DNA of 64,000 nucleotides from Octopus sinensis (GCF_006345805.1 NC_042998.1:91202001-91266000), one strand, 5' to 3'; shown: positions 42,796 to 55,260, numbered from the stretch's first letter. Program-made: numbers and translations. The notes: a model not told the origin generated them from the sequence alone.

Positions 42796-42796
<1 letters not shown>
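42575..42796. mobile_element. Pogo/Tigger-like MITE remnant
   Basis: Right end cccgcgatagtcgaggaattactg-ta is Tigger-like; degenerate left end aatccctcgcgatatc; repeated ttcacctatc motif. Confidence 0.5.
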
Positions 42797-42827
<31 letters not shown>

Positions 42828-43884
42828 ACAACTGTCTTCTACACAGTTTCCGTCAACCAAATTCAGTCCGGGACTATCGTAGAAGGCACTTACCCAATAT
42901 GCCGCAGGGCGGAACAGAACTGAAAACCACGATACTGCAAATCGAGCTTCTTAACCACACAACCATGATTGTGCCTGTATATTAATAATATAATTTAATT
43001 AAATGATTAATTAAAATAATTTGCGAAGTTTCTCATCATAATTTGGTTATCATTGTTTATTAATATCACACTTTTTACAAGCTTTTACACCTGGGTTTAT
43101 TGAAACAGATGTTTTTATGGTTGGATGCTTTTCCTACTGCTAGCCATTCAGGGGTGAAATAGGAGAGAAACCTGTTTTTAACCACTTTGAAAAGTAGAAC
43201 AATGTTGGCTATGTACCTTGACTGGGGCATGACACAATAACTATAGTATGATTTGAACTTGTTCCACTGCTTTTAGTAGATCCCTACCAGCACCTCATAG
43301 CCAGCCTGTATTTTGGAGACTGAAAACGCTAAGTGTGAATGGTTGCGTGAAGGAGAGAATTCAAATTAAATTAAATGAAACTGAATCATAAGCAAGAAAA
43401 GAGGCATTCAAAGGCGGGCATAGTTGTGTGGTTAAAATATTCACTTCTTAACCATTTGGTTTCAGGTTCCATCCCACAACGAAGTACCTTGAGCAAGTGT
43501 CTTCTACTATAACCCCAGGTTGTCCAAAGCCTGCTGAGTGGATATAGTAAACTTTGTAAACATACGTGTGTGTGTGTGAGTGTATGTATGTACGCGACTT
43601 CTTTTGTGTATTTGTGTGTATATGAGAGAGAGAGAGAGGGAGAGAGAAAAAGAGTGTGTCTATGTATGTACGTGATTGTGCACGTGAAGTATATGTCATC
43701 TTGTCTTGATATTGCACTTAAATTGTAAACAAACGTCACCATCGTACAAGTGGTGTCGTTCGTTTGCAATAATCTGTGAAACCATGTCTGACCTTTGTGG
43801 TAGGTATGTTCAAAGAGGGTGATGATGAAAAGACAAAGATCAACTCTTCTTTCAACCATGAAACGATTATCTAGCAAAGTTATC

Positions 43885-44118
43885 GTGGCACTCCGTCAGT
43901 TACGAGGATTCCAGTTGATCCGATTAACTGAACAGGAAGAAAGAGTGAGAGAAAGTTGAAGTGAAAGACTACAGCAGGGTTCGCCAACCCCCTGCCAGAG
44001 CCTCGTGGAGCTTTAGGTGTTTTCGCTCAATAAACACTCACGACGTCCGGTCTCGGAATCGAAACCGCGATCTTATGACTGCGAGTCTACTGCGCTAACC
44101 ACTGGGCCATTGCGCCTA
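43885..44118 (-). mobile_element. OR-like SINE with an alternative 3' tail
   Basis: Head and body match 9311-9500; the tail matches 47837-47892. Confidence 0.75.
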
Positions 44119-45815
44119 CAAAGCAAAGTTACACATGTATATAAACAGACATTCATTCATTGAAAAAACAAAAAAATTTGAATGGGAGGATAGAACCCAT
44201 TTCTCTTTGAATTCCTTCCTTGATTTTCTCATGTGGTCTTAGTCATTTGTCTATTGGCTTAGGAAACGACATAGGTTCTCCAATAAAGAACATAAAAAGT
44301 CTATCACATATTGTACAAATTCACTCAGAAATATACGAGTAAAATACAGAATACTGCCAGACATCACTCGCGAGTGAGTATGACTGGGTAACAATGTTTT
44401 CGTTAGTTGCTTTAGGTGCCTGTGTCGTCGCAAGCATAAACAGATACCTTCTCAGGATGTGACAGCTAGATGCAGTGAGGGTAGTGACGTAGCTGATAGG
44501 GGAGCAAGGGGTGCAGTCGCACTGTTTTCAAAACTGGCGTCTTTTCAACAATTTATAAAAAAAAAACTCTTTAGTTACCAATGTCAGTAGTTTAAGTTGC
44601 ATACTTAATGGAATTATTACTGAAACATGAAATTAATGAATGCAGAATACAATTATATATATTATGAGTAATGAAATATTTTGTGTAATATACAAGAAAC
44701 GAGTTAAAAATTGTTTGGTATGTCTCAAGGCGCCTTTTTTTATGTGCTTGCACCCACTAATTTTAGAACCTAGCACTCGGCAGGTACTCATAACTACATG
44801 AAATGAAGATATCTGGCTCAAAGGCTCAATGCACCGTCTCGTCCAGGAATTGAACTCACGACCTTACAATCATGAGCTGAACACGTTAACTACTTGACCA
44901 TATATTTTTCTTAATAAAAGAAACACATTGAAAATTTATATAACATTGCAAAAATTCCCCCAATTGAATTTACTGAAATAATATAATCCACATTTATTGC
45001 ATGCATTAAATATATATAAAACTATATCTAATACCAAGTAATATAGCTTTTACTTCTTTTATCAGTCTTAGCAACAGGTATTTTTCTGTTAAAAGGAGAA
45101 AACTAAATTATGACAACCCAAATGCATTAGTTGGTTTATAGCTAAAAGTGTGTTATATTCGGTTTCTAATTATATCAGCGTCTTTTCCATAAATTCTACC
45201 CCATCCTCTTTGTAACATAAGAAGATTTAGCTTGACAAGATTAGAGAAATATTTTGATAACTATCAGCTATCAGCGTATATCAGTAAGGTTGTGATAGTA
45301 TAGCCATATCATTTAAGTCACACCTACTTTGTGGTTCTGTTTAGGAATCTGATAATGATAACGTTGATGACAATCTTCGCCGTGTTACATAATTTCCATG
45401 TACTTTGCTTCTTTAGACACGTTAATAAATAAATAAATAAATAAATAAAAGTTATATTTAATGCATAGCTACATACTGATTTATCTCGTCTTCATCTGTC
45501 CTAAAATAAAACTCCTTTTCTTCTAATATGACTTTGGAGCTTATTTCAAGCCCCCGCTGTTTCTTTTTTTTTTTTTTTTTTGCAAACTTAAATGATATAA
45601 GCAATAATAAATCTTTGAACGAGAAGTAAACAGTAGTAGCACAGAATAGTGAAGTATATTTGTCATCTAAATGTGGTGGACCCATAGTGGACGATGCTAC
45701 CGTTGTTTATAGCCCCAGGAACACATCTCCTCCAGCTGGCTAACGATACACTGTCTGTGTCCGATTAGTATTTGCGAAGGGAAATCATCGTTCCCATCGC
45801 TAGCCTTACGTGATA

Positions 45816-45860
45816 CACACAGACCCAGATTTCTGAGTAGTAACCCATCATCAGTGTGTG
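45816..45860 (-). ncRNA. Type-I hammerhead ribozyme (antisense arm)
   Basis: Minus strand reads CACACA CTGATGA TGGGT TACT ACTCA GAAA TCTGG GTC TGTGTG. Confidence 0.8.
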
Positions 45861-46082
45861 ATAATCACGAGTTAGCGAAAAGAACTCATGCCAAACGCAA
45901 AATACTATATTCTTTTTTCCAGTGACAAACTGTCGCTGATCTCGAAAAAGGAGAAACAAAACAATTATAAATCTCTGAGCGAGAAATAAATAGTAGCAGC
46001 ACAGTAAGTGACAGTTTGTCACTGGAAAAAGCATATAGTATTTTGCCTTTGGAATGAGTTCTTATCGCTAGCTGGTGATTAT

Positions 46083-46127
46083 CACACACTGATGATGGGT
46101 TACTACTCAGAAACCTGGGTCTGTGTG
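46083..46127 (+). ncRNA. Type-I hammerhead ribozyme, fully canonical core
   Basis: CACACA CTGATGA TGGGT TACT ACTCA GAAA CCTGG GTC TGTGTG: 6 bp stem I, 5 bp stem II, ACC/GGT stem III, GUC at 46119-46121. Confidence 0.88.
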
Positions 46128-46984
46128 TATCACGTAAGGCTAATACTAATCGCAAATACTAATCGGACACAGACAGTGTGTCGTTAGCCAGCTGGAGGAG
46201 ATATCTTCCTGGGGCTATAAACAACAGTAGCATCGTCCCCTATAGGTCCACCACATTTAGGTGGCAAACATACTTCGCGATTAAATTATATAGTTTTCTT
46301 CTAAATTGCTTCATTTGAAGAATAACACTAAATGATTGATTAAAATTTTCAGTATCTGCAGATTCAACAGGAACTGAACGAATGTTAGGTTTTTTTTTTT
46401 TTTTTTGCTTTTTGTTGCTTTTTTTTTTGTTATTTCCCTCGAGTCCTATGAAGGTTAGCCGGTTTCCTTGGCAGTAACCGAGATCGCAATATCTCCTCTA
46501 CCCCAACTGAATGGGACGCCGGTCTGTTACAGAGATCAAAACCAGTAATTTTTAGTGGTGGGGTGGACAAGTCAGATACATCAACCTCAGTACTTGGCTG
46601 GTACCTTATTTTATCGTCCCCGAAGAGATGAAAGACAAAGTTGACCTCGGTGGGATTTGAATTCAGAAAGTAAAGAACCGGAAGAAATGCCACTAAGCAT
46701 TTTGTCCGATGGCTAACGATTCTGCCAGTGGGCCATCGTATATTCCTTATTACAGATATCATACTATGTACATGCAAGTAGCATTTTACAAACGTCCCCT
46801 CTCCCCACATTATGTGAAAAAAAGAAGGCCCCAAAACGTAGATTGTTTTAATCAAACAGATCCTTATTCTGTACAATCCTATCCAACATTTGCTTCTATT
46901 TAGATACTTGTGTGGACGAATATAGTATGTGTTAAAGTATTTTCTAAATATCTAAGAGTGAAGGCTTATATAATCTTTTCAACT

Positions 46985-47363
46985 ATAAAGCCTGAAATTT
47001 AGTGGAGTGGGAGACTAGTTGATTTTGAAATTTGGTGGGGGGAAGAGACTAGTCAATTACATCGACCCAGTGTTTCATTGGTATTTAATTTATCGACTTC
47101 GGCAGAATTTGAACTCAGGACGTAGCGACAGGCGAAATACCTATTTCTTTACTACCCCACAAGGGGCTAAACACAGAGGGGACAAACAAGGACAGACAAA
47201 CGGATTAAGTCGATTACATCGTCCCCAGTACGTAACTGGTACTTAATTTATCAACCCCGAAAGGATGAAAGGCAAAGTTGACCTCGGCGGAATTTGAACT
47301 CAGAACGCAGCGACGGGCGAAATGCCGGTAAGCATTTTGTCCAGCGTGCTAATGATTCTGCCG
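46985..47363 (-). mobile_element. Nin-like SINE (composite); another copy at ~46540-46727
   Basis: ccccgaaaggatgaaaggcaaagttgacctcggcggaatttgaactcagaac. Confidence 0.8.
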
Positions 47364-47580
47364 CTTTATCTTTCTATACAATAATAAAACCTATAAATGA
47401 GTTCTTGGGTAGGATTTAAACTTTAATAAAAAACTTACATAATGAAATTATATTCAGCTCAGACGTATCATCAGCCATGTTTCTGCGCACTGATAATACA
47501 ATGTTCTGCTCATTTCTTATTCTAATGTCATATGTTTCATCTTTGGCATAGCTTCTACGGCCGGATACCCTTCCTATTGT

Positions 47581-47892
47581 GAAGGCGCGTGATTTAGAGG
47601 TTAGGGTATTCGGCTCATGATCTAAAGTCGTGAGTTCAATTCCTGTTGAGTCCTCGAGCAAAACAATTTATTTCACTTTGTTCCAGTCCACTCAGCTGGC
47701 AAAAACTGGACAGTAACTGTAATAGAAAGGGCCAACCTTATCGCACTGTGTCACGCCGAATCATTTCGAGAACTACGTTAAGAGTATGTGTGTCTGTGGA
47801 GTGATCAGCCACTTGCACGTTAATTTCGTGAGCAGGCTGTTCCGTCGATCGAATCGACTGGAACACTCATGGTCGTAACTAATGGAATGCCA
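47581..47892 (+). mobile_element. tRNA-derived SINE
   Basis: Head gaaggcgcgtgatttagaggttagggtattcggctcatgatc...gagttcaattcc; tail ctgttccgtcgatcgaatcgactggaac...ggaatgcca. Confidence 0.65.
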
Positions 47893-48149
47893 GTTACTCT
47901 TCTTAATGCCAACCACATTATAGAGTGTGCTGAGTGTAATATATAGTGACATTAGCAGTAGAGAGATTGTCATGTCCTTGATAGAGCAAAAGGAGCCTCT
48001 CGACTCTGTGTTGCCTTTGTTCTACAGTGTGCTCAATGCAGTTTATTATGACGTCAGCAATAGTAAGGTTGACCTGTGTTCCACAAGACTAAAGCAGCCT
48101 CTCTTCACTGCGTTGTCTCTGTACTTTTAAGGCAGCGGGACCAAGAACG

Positions 48150-48780
48150 AGAGAGATGACAAGAAATGAACCAGAGAGAGGGAGAGAGAGTAAATAGCAG
48201 GAATGATAGAGGGAGAGTGATGGCAGTGACATGTTTACTGTGAGAGAGAAAAAGAGAAAGAAGGAAGGGAGAGATGAAAGAGAGAGAAAGAGAGAGAGAG
48301 AGAGGGAGAGAGAGAGAGAGAGGGAGAGAGAGAGAGAAAGAGATAGATGGATGATAATAAGAATTTTCAATGGTAAGAGAGTAATGGATGTTACTAAGAA
48401 ATGATGTGGAGAGGGGAGGGAATACTGACAAGCAATACAGAAATGTAATGATGGAGTGTATCGAGTGCAAATATGACTGACAGAAATCTTTATTGCAACG
48501 CCATCAGGATGAGAGAGAGAGAGAGAGAGACAGTGGGGAGGGGTGAGTAATGAGATTAGTGATAATGGTGGGCACGGGATGAATACAGATCAATCCAACG
48601 CGAATCCCTGTTAATCATGTAGCGAAGTACAGTGAATAAGAGAGAGGGGGGAAAAGAGGGGGAGAGAAAGAGGGAGAGAGAAAGGACAGAGAGAGAGAGA
48701 GGGGGGGAGGGAAAAGACGAAGAGAGAGGGAAAGACAGGTAGAGAGAGAGAGAGAGAGAGAAAGAGACAGAGCGGCGAGA
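48150..48780. repeat. (GA)n-rich polypurine tracts
   Basis: Directly visible. Confidence 0.85.
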
Positions 48781-48841
48781 GGCAACAACTGGAAACAGTT
48801 AAGAGACTAAAAATGTGTACGTGAGTATGAATATATATGTA

Positions 48842-49233
48842 CTAGCAGTATCGCCCGGCGTTGCTCGGGTTTGTAAGGGAAATAATTATATAAGCATTTT
48901 TAGAGATGTAAAGTATAATAGCCATCTCAATATGGCTAACCACAAAGGGGGAGGGGTGTTACTGTAGCTTTTTACGTTCTGAGATTTAATAATAAATTTT
49001 AGAGAGTTACTTCCCTTATATATGTCAAAAATGGATTAAAAATGGGAAAAATTGATGGTAAATTTTTTTTAAATCGTAGACTCATCGTAGACGTGCGCTA
49101 ATACCCAGACGGTCTCGATATGAACACGACTATAAGATACCGGTTTTGGTTAAACTGCACCGCAAAATGTGGGAGTAGTTAGGAATCTAAATCGTAGGAG
49201 ACAGACACACAACCTCACTTTTATATATAAAGA
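48842..49233 (-). mobile_element. Non-autonomous Helitron
   Basis: Minus strand begins TC(TTTATATATAA) and ends CTAG, between host A and T. A GC hairpin cccggcgttgctcggg (48854-48869) lies 8 nt from the terminal CTAG. Confidence 0.8.
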
Positions 49234-49331
49234 TTTCCTCTATTTACATATATTGAGGTCTCTTTCTTTCTTTTGTTATCTTACTGTTTTTACCAATATA
49301 CATATATAATATATATTATAAATATATATAT

Positions 49332-49653
49332 AGTTACAGAGATGTACTTGCATAGCAAGTGACTTGATATGAGATCGTGTGCTGGAACGAAAACAGTTGC
49401 AGCGTTGAAGGTGTTTATAAGCCATTTAAGAAACACACAAAAACCGTTAGATTCACTTCAACATTTAAATTAAATTGTCAAAATATTTTCGTCGCTTTGA
49501 GACCGCGACCTGTTAGCACGATATTTTTGTCAGTGAACAGGTCGCGGTCTGAAAGCGACGAAAATATTTTGGCAAATTAAATTTAAATGTTGAAGTGAAT
49601 GTAACGGTTTTTGTGTGTTCTTAAATGGCTTACAAACACCTTCCACGCTGCAA
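49332..49653. mobile_element. Palindromic HHR-bearing element in (TA)n
   Basis: Arms 49397-49514 and 49536-49653, one-sided extension 49332-49396, TA flanks. Confidence 0.75.
49526..49576 (+). ncRNA. Minimal type-I hammerhead, G3-C8 core variant
   Basis: TTTGTCA GTGAACA G GTCGC GGTCTGAAA GCGAC GAA AATATT T TGGCAAA: 7 bp stem I, 5 bp stem II, AATATT palindromic stem III, UUU triplet. Confidence 0.65.
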
Positions 49654-50670
49654 TATATATATACACACATATATATATATATATGTATGTTGTATGTATG
49701 TGTGTATATGTGTATGCATGTATGTGTGTGTGTGTGCGTGTCTGTGCTTGTGATTGTCCTCCACCACTGCTTGACAACCATGTTGGTTTGTTTACATCCC
49801 TGTCACCTAGTGGTTTGACAAAGGAAACAGATAGAATAAGTACAATGCTTACAAAAATAAAACTGGAGTTGATTCATTAAACTTACAATTCTTCAAGGCA
49901 TTGCCCCAGCATGGCCACAGAGCAATGGCTGGAAAAAGCAGAAGAATAAAAGAATTGAGGGGGACCTCTACATGGTAGCTAGACCTGGTAGAAATAGCAG
50001 CAAAATTTCCCCCAAATCACACCTTACTGTCTTATCTAGTATATATGTATGTATGAGCCTATGAGGGAGACCCCTACATGGCAAGCTAAAAACATGGTAG
50101 AAATAGCAGCCCAAACTCCCTCAAATAACCTTAATGTCTTATCTTTCTGCTACTTGGATATAGGTGTTATATTCGTCGTAAAAAAACTTTCCTGTCACAC
50201 ACTCACGGGCACACGCACACACACACACACACGCGCGCACACACACACACGCGCGCCACACACCACACACACTCACACACACGCACGTTAGCTTACAATT
50301 TTATTTATATATTGCGTGTCTATGTTTGTTGAAATAGGAAGTGGGAGGCAGAGTGAAAGAATCACTCACTACAGTAAGTCAATTACTTTCATTTTATTCG
50401 TTGCCCACTGTGTGTGTGCGTTGCGTGTGGTGTAAACCAGACTAAGAAAAGCATTTGACACACACACCAGAATGTGAGTTTTCTGTAAATTTTGCTTAAT
50501 TGGAGTTTAAATTTTAAAAACTGGACCTGGCATGACGCGATGCGTTGTACTCTCAAAAATGCTAGGTAAATTGTAATTGAAGAAATCCTATATTGTAGAT
50601 TTGTATAACTCCCAAAGGGAGGCAGATAAAATCTGCCTTTTATAATAAGAGATATATGCATATATATATA

Positions 50671-50833
50671 GAAAAATACAAAATGGGACAAGAACGCAAA
50701 ACATCCAGACAGTTAGGTGATACAAAAATGGAACAAAACATCCAGATAGACTATACAAAGAAAACAAGGACGGGTCATTCGAAGTTTTCTTTCCTCAGTC
50801 AAGTACCAAATTATCTTCGCAATTTCGGCTGAT
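50671..50833 (-). mobile_element. Fragment of the repeat family of 55448-56398
   Basis: aatacaaaatgggacaagaacgcaaaacatcc...gcaatttcggctgatt. Confidence 0.75.
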
Positions 50834-50862
50834 TGTATGTATGTATGTACGTGTGCCTGGGA

Positions 50863-51130
50863 GAGCGCGTGGCCTAGTAGTTAGGGATATTGCACTCACG
50901 ATTGCGAGATCGTGGGTGCGATTCCCGGACGGTGTGGCGCGTCGTGTTCTTGAGCAAAGCACTTCATCTCACATTGCTCTGCAATCACTTCGACATCTGA
51001 AGTGTGGCACACCGTGCACCTATACATGTAATGTCGATTGGACAGAGGGAGTGAGTTAACGTGCAACACAAACATTTGATCACTATGAACAAGTCATCTG
51101 TGCAGTTCGTTCGGCAATTGCAGAGTCTTC
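50863..51130 (+). mobile_element. tRNA-derived SINE
   Basis: gcgcgtggcctagtagttaggg...cgattcccgg head, CORE-like gtgttcttgagcaaagcactt. Confidence 0.65.
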
Positions 51131-51286
51131 TTTCTCGGATTCGAGAGACAATCAGAGGCATACCTGAAGATTCTGTGCAGGCAACAGGTGAAACTCAGAG
51201 TGGCAGGAGACTAACTCGACAGTCCACACCTTATATATATATATATTATATATATATATATATAATATATATAATATAAACCATAC

Positions 51287-51339
<53 letters not shown>

Positions 51340-51381
51340 ATTATATATATATATATATAAATAACACAGATGGTTTGCTGT

Positions 51382-51462
51382 TCACTACAGCAGTTTCAGA
51401 CCTGTTCTTATTGATGAAAAGTGCCACATCATGCAAAAAAAAAAATCGTTATCATCAGGTGA
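51382..51462 (-). ncRNA. Hammerhead-like motif with a long, decayed stem II
   Basis: Minus strand reads TCAC CTGATGA [54 nt] GAAA C TGCT GTA GTGA, pointing into the TA tract. Confidence 0.5.
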
Positions 51463-51532
51463 GTACAGGTAAGAATTAACAATTAGAAATTCTCACAAAG
51501 CAGAACATAGTGCCAGATGACTCCTGAAAATC

Positions 51533-51565
<33 letters not shown>

Positions 51566-51584
51566 CTCTCAACCTCCATCATTA

Positions 51585-51782
51585 CTGGTTTCAAATTTTT
51601 GCACAGGGCCAGCAAGCTCGGGGGAGGGGATAAGTCGATTACATCGACCCCAATGTCCAACCTGAAAGAATGAAAGGCAATGTCAACCTCGGCAGAATTT
51701 GTACTCAGAACGTAAAGACGTACGAAATGCCGCAAAGCATTTTGACCGGCATGTTAATGAGTCTACCAGCTCGCCGCCTTAG
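51585..51782 (-). mobile_element. Nin-like SINE with TSD
   Basis: Family motifs; direct repeat cctccatcatta at 51573-51584 and 51783-51794. Confidence 0.75.
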
Positions 51783-52214
51783 CCTCCATCATTATTACCA
51801 TTCATTTATTTATGAATAGAGCAGAATACTACATTATTTGCAAAATGATTCACAAAACTTGGTTCTCATATCATATGAACTTTATTCTATATCTTGTTAA
51901 TCTTTGGCAAACTCAGAAATCGTTTCACCAAGTTTATATGATCGACATTGATTTTACAAGCTGAAAGTCTAAAGAATATATGCTGCTTGTTATCTTAAAA
52001 CAGATTGCGACTGTGATGTGCATGACTGGTTGAAATGGCTGGCATCTATTGCAGTATCTTGTTTATAATATGTCAGAAAAAAAGAAAGAGAAGTTATATT
52101 CTATGAAGCCCAACTATTGTTGAATGGAGGCCTAGAAGAAATTCGTAGATATCACCAATAGTGTTGCATAAACAAGCCTAAAGACCTGCTGTTTGATGGT
52201 ATAACAGTTCTGTT

Positions 52215-52232
52215 AATAATAATAATAATAAC

Positions 52233-52321
<89 letters not shown>

Positions 52322-52370
52322 TAATAATAATAATGATAATAATAATAATGATAATGATAATAATAATAAT
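52215..52370. repeat. (AAT)n microsatellite
   Basis: Directly visible. Confidence 0.95.
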
Positions 52371-52389
52371 ATTGGCACAAAGCCAATAT

Positions 52390-52483
52390 TACTGCATCAG
52401 GACATTGGTACTGCATCAAGGCATTGGTACTGCATCAGGGCATTCTGTACTGTATCAGGGCATTGGTACTGCATCAGGGCATT
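52390..52483. repeat. 19 bp minisatellite, about 5 copies
   Basis: Consensus TACTGCATCAGGGCATTGG, head to tail with no spacers. Confidence 0.9.
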
Positions 52484-52705
52484 ATAATAATAATAATATT
52501 GGCACAAAGCCAGCATTTTCGGGGAAGGGTATAAGTTGATCACATCAACCCCAGAGTTGTTACTTATTTTATCGACCTCGAAAGGATGAAAGGCAAGTCG
52601 ACCTCGGCGAAATGCCGCTAAGCATTTTGTCCGGCATGCAAATGATTCTGCCAGCTCGTTGCCTTAATAACAACAAAACAATAGCAATAGTAAGTGTAAT
52701 AATTT

Positions 52706-53102
52706 GGCGAGCTGGCAGAATCGTTAGTACGCCGGGCGAAATGCGTAGCAGTATTTCGTTTGCCGTTATGTTCAGAGCTCAAATTCTGCCGAGGTCGACT
52801 TTGCCTTTCGTCCTTTCGGGGTCGATAAATTAAGCACCAGTTACGCACTGGGGTCAATGTAATCGACTTAATCCGTTCGTCTGTCCTTGTTTGTCCCCTC
52901 TGTGTTTAGCCCCTTGTGGGTAGTAAAGAAATAGGTATTTCGTCTGCCACTACGTTCTGAGTTCAAATTCTGCCGAGGTCGACTTTGCCTTTCATCCTTT
53001 CGGGGTCGATTAAATAAGTACCAGTTACGCACTGAGTCGATATAATCGACTTAATCCGTTTGTCTGTCCTCTCTGTGTTTAGTCCCTTGTGGGTAGTAAA
53101 GA
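52706..53102 (+). mobile_element. Nin-like SINE dimer (full monomer plus headless monomer)
   Basis: ggcgagctggcagaatcgttagtacgccgggcg...; the body gaggtcgactttgcctttc...ccttgtgggtagtaaagaa occurs twice. Confidence 0.85.
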
Positions 53103-54863
53103 AAAAAAAATATTGTATTTGCTACAGGGGCAAATGAGGGGAATATTACAATGAGTTTACAATTTGTATGGCGGTTTACGTAAAATATTAGGGAAATAAA
53201 GGGAAAATAGGGTGAAATGAGATAGATGAAGTATCCATAGTATACAAAATATGTGAATACATCTATGATGAAATCCTCTTGATACAAGAAAACTTCTAAC
53301 TAGGGCCAATCAAGGAATTCCTCAAATCCAGCATCACCCTGGATGCTTAGAGTAGGTTCGTTTACCCTAACCATTTTCGCCACAATCACCTACCCTTTTA
53401 CAAATTCAGTGGGAGAGAGTACTTCCTTCTTCACTCTCACTTTTCTTTGCAAGTGGAACTTACAAATGTCAATGTGGGTTTGACTATGGAGGAATTGTCT
53501 TTTCTCGATCATTTCAGCCTCCTCCGCCACACAGTCTCTTTCGCTGTAGCTACAAGAAAGAGGAACACTGTCCGTTCGACATAACCCCACAAGTCAACCG
53601 TACTCGGACACTATACGAGTGCGTGCAGTACGGTTTTGTCGCGCCACATCAATTTTCTTTCATCATACTCACTACATACAGTTGAGATGTTTTTATCTAT
53701 ATTCTTTCTGGTGTATCTTGTCTCTTTTCGAAATGCCCTTCTTTATTCACTGAAATTACTTCTGATCTCGATATCCTTTAGTATTGCACTTCATCACTAA
53801 TAACTAATAGCAACGTACTTCTTCAAATTTTCTACCTCTTCGTAAGTTTTCTATATTTAACAGTCCCCTCCCTTCATCCTTTCTACAAAAATACAACCTC
53901 CCAACATCTGCTTGTGGGAGTATTGCGGAAAATATCTACGTTCAAACATTTCAGGAGAGTTCACAACGCAATTTCATTTGTCATAGCTATTAGGCAAGGG
54001 AAAACCCAGCTAAAGGAAGTTAGCAGGTCGATTTTCTTCATGAAATCAAATTTGTTCCTCACCCGCCCTACGATATATTGCATGGGGTGAAGGCTGTTCG
54101 ACTCCGACGACATAAACGAGATCAATAAAAGAAGTAACAGTGAAGTATTGGGGTCAGCTATGTAATTGTCTATATTTCTCATACCACACACGGTGTCTAT
54201 GGCCTTGTACCTATGTTAGAAATCAATATTGAAAATAGTACAGAAATAATTACTTTAAGAATCTGAATCAGCATGGCAATAGTTTTTTCTTTAATCTTTT
54301 AAAAAATAGACTGACAAAGCAAGAAAAGGCATGAAACCAAATCTTGTTTCAATAATGAAAGCGCTATATGTGAGTGTGTGTGAGAGTGTGTGTGTGTGTA
54401 TGAGTATGTGCGTGTGTGTGAGTGTACACGCGTGCGTATGTACGTGTGTATGTGTGCGTGTGTTTAATTCTGACGTTAAAAATGACCCATTTAAACACAG
54501 AGTCATACAAAGAATGTATTTGTTGGTTAATTTATGAGCAGGAAAGTCTTTAATAATTACTACATCCTTATTAACTGAGTCACCAATGTTAATACTGGTA
54601 TTGCCAACTAAAACACACACAAATAAAACACCTGCAGCTGCAACAGCAACAACTAAATTAACAGCAATAACAGCAGTCATAATAACTTGTTTTTTGCCTT
54701 TTATACAAGTGGAATAAAATATACCCCTGGGTGATCAACTAATGCTAGCTGGTAGGCAGGTACCTGATATCACTATATATATGTTTTAGTATGCTTCTCA
54801 TAATTGATTACCAAGTTTCCTAATTAAAACGAAACAAAGCAATAGATTAGTAGTATAGATTAA

Positions 54864-55219
54864 GGATCTTTTCAGTTTGAACGGCAGTTTTTAACATAAT
54901 TTCTAGGTAACTAAAAAATTTTAAACTTCGTATACTGGTAGAATGTGTTTATAAAACATCTTTTTCTCTTGGTTTTATTGAGCAAATTCTATAGTTTGTG
55001 AGATATTTGTTGTTTTTTTCTTCAATTTCTGCAATTTCAACCAATCAGTGACGTCTATTGAGGTAAAAAAAACATTCTGTGCCGTATGAATATGTACCTC
55101 GTTTAAGAAACAGATTGGGTTTATTTAAATTTGTGAAGAAAAAAGGATACCCTTCCCCCCCACCCCTAACACTAACCCTAAAACAGATTGAAATGCAATA
55201 GATCGATACTAGGGTAATT
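54864..55219 (+). mobile_element. Single arm of the foldback MITE of 58380-59106
   Basis: ggatcttttcagtttgaacggc...gatcgatactagggt; truncated where the HHR element begins. Confidence 0.8.
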
Positions 55220-55260
55220 TTTTTCTCTCCTTGTTTCTCTCCGTGTTTCTTTTCTGTGTA

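Larger units (their letters stand above)
45651..46276. mobile_element. Palindromic HHR-bearing element (Penelope-like pLTR / retrozyme-like)
   Basis: Arms 45651-45937 and 46007-46276, slightly diverged; canonical HHR in each arm. Confidence 0.8.

Noticed and set aside
52390-52483. Possible CRISPR array
   Set aside because: 19 bp units are contiguous with no unique spacers; eukaryotic context with no cas genes.
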